In this document: one piece after another, positions 18,334-26,864 of the stretch
Numbering within the stretch: the first letter of the stretch is position 1
Layout: the number at the start of each line of letters is the position of its first letter
Assembly: GCA_963664115.2 (NCBI GenBank)
Contig: CAXWPJ010000009.1
Span: forward strand, 128,001-192,000
Source: Terriglobia bacterium
GTDB taxonomy: Bacteria; Acidobacteriota; Terriglobia; 20CM-2-55-15
Reading direction: 5' to 3'
DNA length: 64,000 nucleotides
Position numbers and translations under genes: made by a program
The notes under the pieces: model-generated
Database searches by the model: none
Told to the model about the DNA's origin: nothing
Seen by the model: only the letters and a program-made list of their open reading frames with translations

Positions 18334-19928
18334 TCAGCTGTTCCCTTGATCTCCAGCCTGCAGACGTTCGACGCGCCATGTCGGACGCATTAGCTTTCCG
18401 AAACGGCGACCGTGCCGCCGGAGCCGTTTGACCATAGCCCAAAGTGTGCTGCCGCTCAAAACGTTGCCCCCGATACTCAGCAGGATGACCGCAAGGTCCC
18501 AGAGTGGACGACGCTCGTAGAGAAAAGGGACATCGAACTCGTGCAGGGCGTTATAGAGCCAACGCCTCATCCGGCTGAAGCGGGTTTGCTGAGAAACGGT
18601 CCCGCGCTGAGGATCCAGATACAGCCAACTCCGTTGATCGTCCAGATAGCGGACCCTCAACACCGGTAGCGGACGCGCATTGTCTCGGCTCCGATAGTAA
18701 TTGTCGTATTCATGGAGCCATTCGCTGTCCTGAACGGGTACTCCGGCCATGGTCTCCTCTGCGATGTCCTCCATGACGGAATTTTCGAACTTCGTGAAGG
18801 TTCCGTCCTCGGGACGCGCCAGCCAGACCATCCGGTGATCGACAGGCCCGGTTCCAACTTCCGGATTGCTTTTCGACGGCGGACTCTCGGCCGCGAGATA
18901 AAGCTCTCCGCGAAACTGCCGTACGTCGATTTCTTTCGCGGGGAAATGCTCTCCGATGGCCGCAACACCCTTGCTCATTGCGTCCAAGCTGACGGGGTCA
19001 AAGTTGACAGGACCTCCTGTAAGGACCTCACGCTGCTCGCGGGTCAGCCTTTGCCCTCCCGAAAACATTCCGAAGGGATTCACAGAAAACGCGCCGCTGA
19101 TGATCCAGGTGAACGTAAGCAGCCCGAAAAGAAGCCCGGAATAGTGATGCCAGCGCATCAATCCGGAGTAGGGCGTATGCGAGGCCTGCCGTTTCTGGCG
19201 AAACCGGCCGCTCATGGACAGGCGCCAGACACCGATCCCCAGTCCAGTGAGGCACATCAGGCCTCCAGCAAAGGATCCCCAGATGATGAACTGATTCCAG
19301 GCGTAGCCGTGCTTTCTGAGCGGCACGAAATAGACCCAGTGGAGGACGCCACTCCAGAAACCCTTGAAGCGGCTCGATCGGTCGGTCTTCATCACGATCT
19401 CGCCACTCCACTCCGCAACGTAGTAGAACGTGTCTTGATCGTCATCAAGCGCAATCCGCTGCAGAGGCATTTGACTCCGCTGGGCACCTTGAAGCGTCCA
19501 CTGGTCGGAGTCCTCCAACCAGGCGTCATATCTGAGGGATGACGCATGCTCGGGAACCCACTTTCGGACGATCTCCAAAGCTTGATCCGCATCGGCACGG
19601 GAACGCACAAAGTCACCCGTATCCGCGTATATGAGATCCCTTCCAATCCGGTACACAGGACGGACCCCGCGCATCTCAATCCTAAGGCTGGCAGGTGAGA
19701 CGTTCTGGCCGAGCGCGGCCGCCACCGGCGTAAGTGTCGCAGAAGAAGGGTCGACCGCTTCCTGGTGGTCCAATCGTTCCTCTGCGCTCAAGGCAGGCAT
19801 CCCCCAGTAGCATGAACGCGATGCCGGAAATGAACCACGACACGAAGAGCAGGCCAAAGGCGATGCCCAATCCAGCGGTGGGAGTAAATGAGTAGTTTGC
19901 GCCAGTCGAGAAGCTTTCGAACGTTCAA
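18334..19928 (-). pseudogene. PepSY-associated TM helix protein (putative ferric reductase), two +1 frameshifts near the 5' end
   Basis: Reconstructed N-terminus MNVRKLLDWRKLLIYSHRW|LGIAFGLLFVSWFISGIAFM|YWGMP needs removal of single bases at ~19871 and ~19810. Further PepSY-TM motifs LHWVYF, RWHHYSGLLFG, RWLYNALHEFD. TTG start with GAGAGG RBS. Confidence 0.8.
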
Positions 19929-20117
19929 GGGAACCTCTCGGTCAAATTTGGTTCACAATGCTTCGTCATCCCGTACAGATTGGCCCACAACGAGATAGGA
20001 AAGCAGGGAGGCCGTACCCCCCTTTCGGCCCGAACGCGTAGGCTCCTGTGAAGACGCCCGTGTACCCCTTAAAACAGGAGTTGCTCGTCGATTGCCTTTC
20101 CTCGTCGAACAGGAAGT

Positions 20118-20189
20118 CTAGTCGAGGCCGGAAGAACAACCGACTGAAGAGTTTCTGAATTCTTCGTCAGCACAGATAACGGCGATGCA
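20118..20189. repeat. 72-bp direct repeat, copy 2
   Basis: Near-identical to 18192-18263. Confidence 0.85.
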
Positions 20190-20222
20190 CGTAAAGATGT
20201 TTGTGATGCTGGGGTCGGGACG

Positions 20223-21494
20223 CTACACACCCTCGTACAATAGTCCTTCATAAAGAAAGGCGCCTGCGACGCGTTCGCACTCCCGTTCGCCAAGGCCAGC
20301 CCGTTGCATGACGGGACGCCACTCGTTCCTAACGGTGTCGAAGACCGTCTCCAGTACGGCTGTGGCATCTTCCCGGTTCAGGAGAAAACGGCCATGACCA
20401 GACAATAGGTTCGCCTTGTTTGCGATACGGCCCTCCAAACCGCACTCCATCGCGAGATCGCGCCGTTCTTTTGAAATCACCGGACTCGGTGTCAGGTCGT
20501 AGACCGGGCTGAGACGCCAGTCTTGGTTCTTAGCCAGCATCGCATGATTACGTGGGTGATCATCGAGGTTCGAAATCGCGGCATTCAGGCACATCCGGCC
20601 GAACAGCTCGCGCAAATCCTCTGCGGGCCGAGCGCTGACCCGGCGGACCTCATCGGCGAGAAGCAGGTAAGACCAGTCGGTTCGTGTCGTCGCGTAATCG
20701 TCGGTGCGGAGCAGGGTGAGTGCGCTGATCATGCGGTAACGGTAGTAGCCGCCTTCGGCGCGGTCACGGTCAAAACGGCGCACAAGCAGGACATCGCGCC
20801 CTGCCACAGCAGTGAGCCGACTGTCTGCGGCATTCAGCCCACAGGTCCTGGCGAGTTCGAGGAGTGCATGCTCGATGCGCGGATAGTTGTAACGATCGTC
20901 ATCGCGTGCGAATTTTGCAATCCACAGCACATCCCCGTCTTCGACAACGGCTTTCGGACGGGCTCCGCCCATCGACGATCCACCGAGCAGCAGCAGGTCT
21001 TCGGCCTGTTCGGCGGCGCTGCCCGCAAGCTCCGGATCGTCCTTGACGATCCGATCGGCGGCGCGCTGCAGGCGTTCGAGATCGAGCCTGCGGTTGAATT
21101 TGTTCTGCGGGAGGGGCGGCCGAGCATCGCGATCGAAACCCAGTGCACCCGCACGATCGTCGGACGCGCGTAACAGATAGTCGATGTCTTCGAGCGGCTT
21201 ACTGGCGTGGCGTTCGATGACCCTGCGGCCCCAGGAGTCGGGCATCGCATCGCGGATCGCGCCGAAGAACCCGTCCATTTTGGCGGTCTCGAACTCACCG
21301 GGCCGCAGGCGTAGTTCGACCGGGTCGAGTTCGACCGCATCTCGGCGTTCTCGGTAGCTGCGCCCGTATATGAATTTACCTACGGTGGCACCCTGCCGGG
21401 TTTCATTGAGGCGAAAGCGGCCAACCGTTACGAATTTGGTCTCGCCGGGGAGCACAATATGGACGAAGCAGTCGCGCTCAGAAGTCGTCATCAA
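20223..21494 (-). CDS. hipA: HipA-family serine/threonine kinase toxin
   Basis: DAMPDSWGRRVI, GSSMGGARPKA, WIAKF, LLVRRFDR, SNLDDHPRNHA, LSPVYDL motifs. Confidence 0.93.
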   Translation of the reverse strand: MMTTSERDCFVHIVLPGETKFVTVGRFRLNETRQGATVGKFIYGRSYRERRDAVELDPVELRLRPGEFETAKMDGFFGAIRDAMPDSWGRRVIERHASKPLEDIDYLLRASDDRAGALGFDRDARPPLPQNKFNRRLDLERLQRAADRIVKDDPELAGSAAEQAEDLLLLGGSSMGGARPKAVVEDGDVLWIAKFARDDDRYNYPRIEHALLELARTCGLNAADSRLTAVAGRDVLLVRRFDRDRAEGGYYRYRMISALTLLRTDDYATTRTDWSYLLLADEVRRVSARPAEDLRELFGRMCLNAAISNLDDHPRNHAMLAKNQDWRLSPVYDLTPSPVISKERRDLAMECGLEGRIANKANLLSGHGRFLLNREDATAVLETVFDTVRNEWRPVMQRAGLGERECERVAGAFLYEGLLYEGV

Positions 21495-21819
21495 ATGCCT
21501 TGCGTTTGGGTGCAGTCTTCGGGCTGCGGGCGGCCTCCAGTATCTTGCCTTCGAGATCGCGGTCGGGATCGGCGAGTTCGTCCATCTGGCTTAGCAATCC
21601 GAGAGCCCACAATGCGCCCAGATAGGCAACGATCCCCGTGGTCGGTTTGCCTCGCTCGATATCCGCCAGAACATAGCGGGATATCCCGATCCGCTCGGCG
21701 AGTTCCCGGCGGGCAAGCTTCCGACGTAACCGCGCAGTGCGAATATTCCGCCCGAGCGTGATCAGGGCCTGCTCGACAGCATGGGGAGGGGATTCAGCTA
21801 TCTTACTCGTGCGGGGCAT
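21478..21819 (-). CDS. XRE-family HTH antitoxin (HipB-like)
   Basis: LGRNIRTARLRRKL...ELAERIGISRYVLADIERG HTH; overlaps the hipA start; ATG 21819. Confidence 0.88.
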   Translation of the reverse strand: MPRTSKIAESPPHAVEQALITLGRNIRTARLRRKLARRELAERIGISRYVLADIERGKPTTGIVAYLGALWALGLLSQMDELADPDRDLEGKILEAARSPKTAPKRKAFDDDF

Positions 21820-21850
21820 GTTGACGTTAAACCTCTCTAGTCTTAGACAT

Positions 21851-21950
21851 GTTGATTGAAATAAACATATCTCAATCAACTGCCCTGGTCAAATAAAATG
21901 TATATTTAAATAAACTTTAAACGTATATATGTTGTTTTAAAGATACATTT
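21851..21950. promoter_or_regulatory. AT-rich TA promoter region with two inverted repeats (putative antitoxin operators)
   Basis: GTTGATTGA-N12-TCAATCAAC (21851-21880) and AAATGTATATTTAAA...TTTAAAGATACATTT (21896-21950, 1 mismatch), immediately upstream of the HTH gene. Confidence 0.6.
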
Positions 21951-22505
21951 ATGACTCTTCCTGCCCACCTGACCCGCTCTCAGACTTCGATCTGCTCAAA
22001 GTGCCTCATTAAGGAAAGAACCTGAGACGGCAGACGACGGTTCGAAGGAGCAGACTCCCAATGCCCAATGATCACTATGGTCATCCACACGGTGCAAAGA
22101 AAACGAAATCTCTGTCATCGAAAACGGCACAATGATCAGCGCTTCTGGACCAATGGATAGAGGAAAATAAACGGGCCTGCCCCGTTTGACGGGGATGGAT
22201 ACGCTGACCCTCACCCTAACAGCTAAGGGGTTCACCCGACAGTCACGAAGGAGTAGGAGACGATGAGACTTCTTTTGCTCGCCTGGAGTCTCGGCAAAAA
22301 ACCGCGCGGTAAGAAGGCAAGACCTCGTGTAGGGCCACGTCCGACTATCCCCCGCGTCGGCTGACGATCGATTCTTACGAGAAATTCATTAACTTTTAAG
22401 TAACCGCTAGGTGCCCCGATTTTATAGACTTAAGTGTTCAAAGGTTCTATCTTCGGCTATCGTTGATGCGCAGTGCGCGACCCCAGCCGAAATTTGGAGA
22501 AAAGC

Positions 22506-22829
22506 ATGAAGCATGCAAGGTTGATTTTTGCCGGGCTGTTGATCGCCGGTTTATTTGTCGGGGTTCCCTCAGCCTCTGCTCACACTCCCATATGCAACTG
22601 CTATGACAACGGTGACGAAACGATAACCTGCGAAGGTGGATTTTCCGACGGAGGATCGGCCGAAGGCGTTCCGATTCGAGTCCTTGATCTCCGTGACCGG
22701 GTTCTGATCGACGGCAAGATGGAGACCGACAGCACCTACTCCTTTACGAAACCGGATGAAGAGTTTCACGTTGTCTTCGATGCCGGTGAGAGCCATATTG
22801 TCACGATCTACGCAGAGGATATCGAGTAG
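22506..22829 (+). CDS. Small periplasmic FpvJ-like protein
   Basis: Signal peptide, mature N-terminus HTPICNC, ITCEGGFSDG, FHVVFDAGESH; resembles Pseudomonas FpvJ as recalled; GGAGA RBS. Confidence 0.7.
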   Translation: MKHARLIFAGLLIAGLFVGVPSASAHTPICNCYDNGDETITCEGGFSDGGSAEGVPIRVLDLRDRVLIDGKMETDSTYSFTKPDEEFHVVFDAGESHIVTIYAEDIE

Positions 22830-23684
22830 TTGAAGTTGAAGGTCGTAGATCATTGCAGGGGAGTCGGTGTCATTGTCACCACCGTAGCTCTGGTGTCCGG
22901 GCTCGCAATGCCGGTCAGCGGCCACTTTCAGTTGCTGTATACCGAAGAGGCGGCGCTCAACGGCGGACAGGCAACCGACCTGCTGCTGCTGTTTACCCAT
23001 CCTGCGCACGGTGGCCCCAATATGGATATGGGTGTACCTGAAGCCTTCTACGTCGTCAGCCAGCGTGGCGAAGAGGCCGAGCCTGTGACCACCGATTTGA
23101 TCGAATATCTGGAACCCATTACTTGGACCGGTGAGACCGGCTCCAGCCAGGCGTATGAAGCCAGCCTGCCACGCGCGGTGACGCGTTCGCTTGGGGACTA
23201 TGTGTTCGTCCTGCAGCCGGCGCCTTACTATGAAGGCGGTGAGGACAAGTACATACAGCAGTTCACGAAAATGATGATGAACATCGGCGGCGTGCCCGGC
23301 AACTGGGCGGATCCCGTGGGGCTGCCCACCGAAATCCTGCCGCTGGACAAACCCTACGCGAACTGGACGGGCGGCGTATTTCGGGGAGTCGTTTTGTCCT
23401 CAGGGCGTCCGGTACCGAATGCAGAACTCGAAGTAGAATATATCAACCATGCGCCGGACTTAGCCGGACACAGCTTCGCGACCGATCCGGATGTCGTCTT
23501 GCCCCAGGGCTCCTTCGGCACAATGTCGATTAAGACCAACGCCCTCGGTGAATTCACGATCGGGTTGCCCAAGGCCGGGTGGTGGGGCATCTGCGCCCTG
23601 GCCGTGGGTCCGGACACGGAACACGAAGGGAAACCGTTGTCGCAGGACGCGGTCATATGGGTCCAGGTCAAGGACATACAATGA
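22830..23684 (+). CDS. DUF4198-family periplasmic metal-uptake protein
   Basis: Signal peptide then HFQLLY, FTHPAH, GDYVFVLQPAPYYE, GLPTEILPLDKPY, PKAGWWG motifs. Confidence 0.8.
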   Translation: MKLKVVDHCRGVGVIVTTVALVSGLAMPVSGHFQLLYTEEAALNGGQATDLLLLFTHPAHGGPNMDMGVPEAFYVVSQRGEEAEPVTTDLIEYLEPITWTGETGSSQAYEASLPRAVTRSLGDYVFVLQPAPYYEGGEDKYIQQFTKMMMNIGGVPGNWADPVGLPTEILPLDKPYANWTGGVFRGVVLSSGRPVPNAELEVEYINHAPDLAGHSFATDPDVVLPQGSFGTMSIKTNALGEFTIGLPKAGWWGICALAVGPDTEHEGKPLSQDAVIWVQVKDIQ

Positions 23685-24322
23685 AATCAGAATCCGATAT
23701 CGTCAGGCCGTTAAGTAGCCGCGCCGAATCCTGGCTAATTGCCGGCATCACCGTTTTCATCTTGTTGGCGACCGGGATCGCCGTTGCCAGTCGCCGCGTC
23801 GAAGATACCGGGCAGCGTCTATTCGATTGGCAGATCAGCGCATTCTACGACTTGAAGCAGACGGATCAGGCCGTATATAGCGCTCTATTGGCCGCCTCTG
23901 AAGAACTCTGGTGGATTCACGACGAATTCCTCACTTTCGGCACACCGGAACAACTCGCAGACCCCTGGCCGACGGTTGAACAGTTGAGTGAAGAGTATCT
24001 GTTACCGCCATTTGCCCAGGATGTGGCCTGGTCGCAACAGGGCGAAATACACTGGGAGCGGATCGCTTCATATTCGTTTGAAGGGTCGACCGTGTATTTC
24101 GGAACGGGCGGCACACTACCGGGTCAGAGCGCCTATCTTGTCATGCTGTCGCACGTGCATAAAGGTGCCATCTGGGCCAACGGCGAGTTTATCTGGGTGC
24201 ATCCGGATGTCAATGTTCCCTCACCGCCGACGATCACACGCGATTCGCTGATTCTTAACGGCTGGAAGGAAGTGGTGCCCTACAACGGGGCCATGGAAGT
24301 CAACCGCCTCAGAGGAGAGTAA
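23681..24322 (+). CDS. Membrane-anchored protein, DUF6162/FpvH-FpvK-like
   Basis: ATGA overlap with upstream gene; VRP..S.RAES then one TM; WPTVEQLSEEYLLPPFAQD; LILNGWKEV; operon position. Confidence 0.6.
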   Translation: MKSESDIVRPLSSRAESWLIAGITVFILLATGIAVASRRVEDTGQRLFDWQISAFYDLKQTDQAVYSALLAASEELWWIHDEFLTFGTPEQLADPWPTVEQLSEEYLLPPFAQDVAWSQQGEIHWERIASYSFEGSTVYFGTGGTLPGQSAYLVMLSHVHKGAIWANGEFIWVHPDVNVPSPPTITRDSLILNGWKEVVPYNGAMEVNRLRGE

Positions 24323-24323
24323 G

Positions 24324-25244
24324 ATGCCGCGTCTTAGAACAACTGTTACTCGGGCCGCGCTGCTGTCGTTATTGATCGCCTGCTCGGGTCTGACCGTAGC
24401 GCAAGCGCAATCCCTGCGAATCGGCGTGACCCTCCATCCCTATTACAGCTTCGCTGCGAATGTCGTGGGCGATCGGGCCGAGGTCATACCCCTGATCGAA
24501 GCCGGGGCCAACCCCCACAACTACACGCCTCGACCCGACGACATGAGGCGGGTACTATCCATGGACGTCCTGATCGTCAATGGTATCGGTCACGATGAGT
24601 GGGCATTCGAAATCGTGAAAGCCGCTGGTCGCGAGGAGACGTTGCCTCTCCTTTATGCGAACGACGACGTCGCTTTGATTCCGATCGCTGCTGATGAGGG
24701 TGAAGCCAAGGTCGTCAATCCACACACTTTCGTCTCGACGACCGCCGCGATTCAGCAGATCTATACGATTGCGAGCGAACTCGGAGAACTCGACCCTGAC
24801 AATGCAGCCTACTATCGTAACAACGCGCGCGCATACGCATTAAGAATCCGGCGCCTGAAAGCCCAATTCATGACCGAGCTCGTTGATCTGGATACATCGA
24901 CGTTTCAGTGCGCAACAATGCACGGGGCTTACGGTTATTTAATGCAGGAATTCGGTCTGCAGGTGACGGCCGTCATCGAGCCTCGGCACGGCGTGGAACC
25001 GACGGCACGTCAGTTGGCCGATACGATAGACAAAATCAAGACCGCCGACGTGAACGTACTGTTCGCTGAGAAATTTTTTGCAAGCGCGCTGTCTGAAACG
25101 ATACAGGAAGCCACCGGTGTCGAGATGTACTCGTTCTCCCATATGTCGGACGGCGCCTATACGCCGGAACTCTTCGAACAGGAAACTCAGGCCAACCTGG
25201 AAACTCTGCTGGCGGCCATGAGATCGGTCGCCGAAAGCAACTGA
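24324..25244 (+). CDS. Metal ABC transporter substrate-binding protein (ZnuA/TroA class, FpvC-like)
   Basis: IGVTLHPYYS, ANPHNYTPRP, NGIGHDE, VNPHTF, TMHGAYGYL, VIEPRHGVEP, FSHMS His-rich motifs. Confidence 0.9.
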   Translation: MPRLRTTVTRAALLSLLIACSGLTVAQAQSLRIGVTLHPYYSFAANVVGDRAEVIPLIEAGANPHNYTPRPDDMRRVLSMDVLIVNGIGHDEWAFEIVKAAGREETLPLLYANDDVALIPIAADEGEAKVVNPHTFVSTTAAIQQIYTIASELGELDPDNAAYYRNNARAYALRIRRLKAQFMTELVDLDTSTFQCATMHGAYGYLMQEFGLQVTAVIEPRHGVEPTARQLADTIDKIKTADVNVLFAEKFFASALSETIQEATGVEMYSFSHMSDGAYTPELFEQETQANLETLLAAMRSVAESN

Positions 25245-25250
25245 CACTGA

Positions 25251-25961
25251 ATGCGCGGCCCTAAGATTACTTTCACCGGAGTCAATCTTCAGCTTTCCGG
25301 CAACGAAATCCTGCGCGACGTGAACCTGTCTGTTGAGCCCGGCACCATCCATTGTCTGATTGGGCCGAATGGCGGGGGCAAGACCTCTCTGATTCGTTGT
25401 CTTCTCGGCCAAATGCCGCATACCGGAACGATTTCCATCGACTGGGACAAAGACAGGACGATAGGCTACATTCCCCAGTATCTCGATTTTGACAAAAACC
25501 TGCCGATCAGCGTCACCGACTTCATGTCCATGATCTGCCAGCAATACCGACCGGCCTTCGCCGGCCTTGGCAAGCGCCATCGTGCGCGCGCAGGCGAGGC
25601 TTTGGATCGCGTGGGCCTGGGCGGAAAGCGCAAAGCCCGGCTCGGCAGTCTCTCCGGTGGCGAACGTCAGCGTGTGTTGTTCGCTCAGGCTTTGATCCCG
25701 GAACCGTCGCTGCTGGTGCTCGACGAACCCATGACGAGCATGGACGAGGTCGGGGAGGAGATCTTCGTTGCCGTAATCAAAGAACTCGCAGCAGAGGGAG
25801 TCACCGTCGTCTGGATTGCACACGACCTTGCAAAGGTCAGGGCGACCGCTGGCGAGGTGAGCTGCGTGAATCGGACGATACTGTTCAGCGGTCCGCCAGC
25901 GGAAGTGCTGACCGGTCGCCACGCCGATGTGTTGTTCGGCCAGATAGGAAGTTTGGCGTGA
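25251..25961 (+). CDS. Metal ABC transporter ATP-binding protein (FpvD/ZnuC-like)
   Basis: Walker A GPNGGGKT, LSGGERQR signature, LVLDEP Walker B. Confidence 0.95.
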   Translation: MRGPKITFTGVNLQLSGNEILRDVNLSVEPGTIHCLIGPNGGGKTSLIRCLLGQMPHTGTISIDWDKDRTIGYIPQYLDFDKNLPISVTDFMSMICQQYRPAFAGLGKRHRARAGEALDRVGLGGKRKARLGSLSGGERQRVLFAQALIPEPSLLVLDEPMTSMDEVGEEIFVAVIKELAAEGVTVVWIAHDLAKVRATAGEVSCVNRTILFSGPPAEVLTGRHADVLFGQIGSLA

Positions 25962-26863
25962 CCGATTTCTACGAGTTCGTACGTGTAACCCTGCAGGAGC
26001 TGGCTTACGCGGGCACCCTCCCGCTGTCGTTTCAATACGGCTTCGTAATCAATGCGCTGATGTGCGCGCTTTTGATCGGACCGGTGCTTGGCGGTGTCGG
26101 TACGATGGTCGTGACCAAGCGCATGGCGTTTTTTTCTCAGGCCATCGGCAATGCGGCGATGACCGGGGTTGGAATCGGCGTCTTACTCGGTGAGTCCTAC
26201 ACAGAACCCTATATATCGACGTTTTCGTTCTGCGTCCTCTTTGCCCTGGTGCTCAACTACACAAAGGGTCGCACGCAAATCTCGGCCGATGTACTGATCG
26301 GCGTGTTTCTTTCCATTTCTCTGGCCATTGGTTCCTCGTTGCTGTTGTTCGTGTCCGCGCAGGTCAACACGCACATTCTTGAGGCCGTGTTGTTTGGCTC
26401 GGTATTGACGGTCAGTGACACCGACATGAACGTGCTGATCGTCGCGACGATTCTCGTCGTAGCGGTCGGCATACCGCTGTTCAACCGCATGCTGCTGGCC
26501 AGTCTCAACCCGAGTCTGGCGAGTGTGCGCGGTGTACGCGTCCAGTTAATGGAATACGTGTTTGTGCTGATGATCACGCTGCTGACCGTCGCTTGTTTGA
26601 AAATTGTCGGGGCCGTGCTGGTCGAAGCGCTGTTGCTGATCCCGGCCGCGGCCGCACGAAACATAGTCAGCTCGATGCGGGGATTCGTGCTTTGGAGCGT
26701 GATTATTTCAACCGTGAGCTGCATCGCGGGTGTCTTGATACCCATGCAGTTTGGCCTTCCAATCCCCTCCGGCGGCGCGATTATCATGGTCGCGGCAAGC
26801 ATCTTTTTCCTCACCACGCTGTTCCGGATGACACTGGGGCGGTTTCGCGAGGCCCGGGTCTGA
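25958..26863 (+). CDS. Metal ABC transporter permease (FpvE/ZnuB-like)
   Basis: KRMAFFSQAIGNAAMTG, LFGSVLTV, IVGAVLVEALLLIPAAAAR; multiple TMs. Confidence 0.93.
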   Translation: MTDFYEFVRVTLQELAYAGTLPLSFQYGFVINALMCALLIGPVLGGVGTMVVTKRMAFFSQAIGNAAMTGVGIGVLLGESYTEPYISTFSFCVLFALVLNYTKGRTQISADVLIGVFLSISLAIGSSLLLFVSAQVNTHILEAVLFGSVLTVSDTDMNVLIVATILVVAVGIPLFNRMLLASLNPSLASVRGVRVQLMEYVFVLMITLLTVACLKIVGAVLVEALLLIPAAAARNIVSSMRGFVLWSVIISTVSCIAGVLIPMQFGLPIPSGGAIIMVAASIFFLTTLFRMTLGRFREARV

Positions 26864-26864
26864 C

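Noticed and set aside
19930-20117. Cobalamin riboswitch upstream of the PepSY gene
   Set aside because: I could not find the conserved GGGAA, GCCCCCGCAACTGT or B12-box elements on the minus strand.
22180-22196. Match to the IS630 element C right end (GTTTGACGGGGA)
   Set aside because: Only about 12 bp, with no terminal CTAG or transposase remnant; likely chance.
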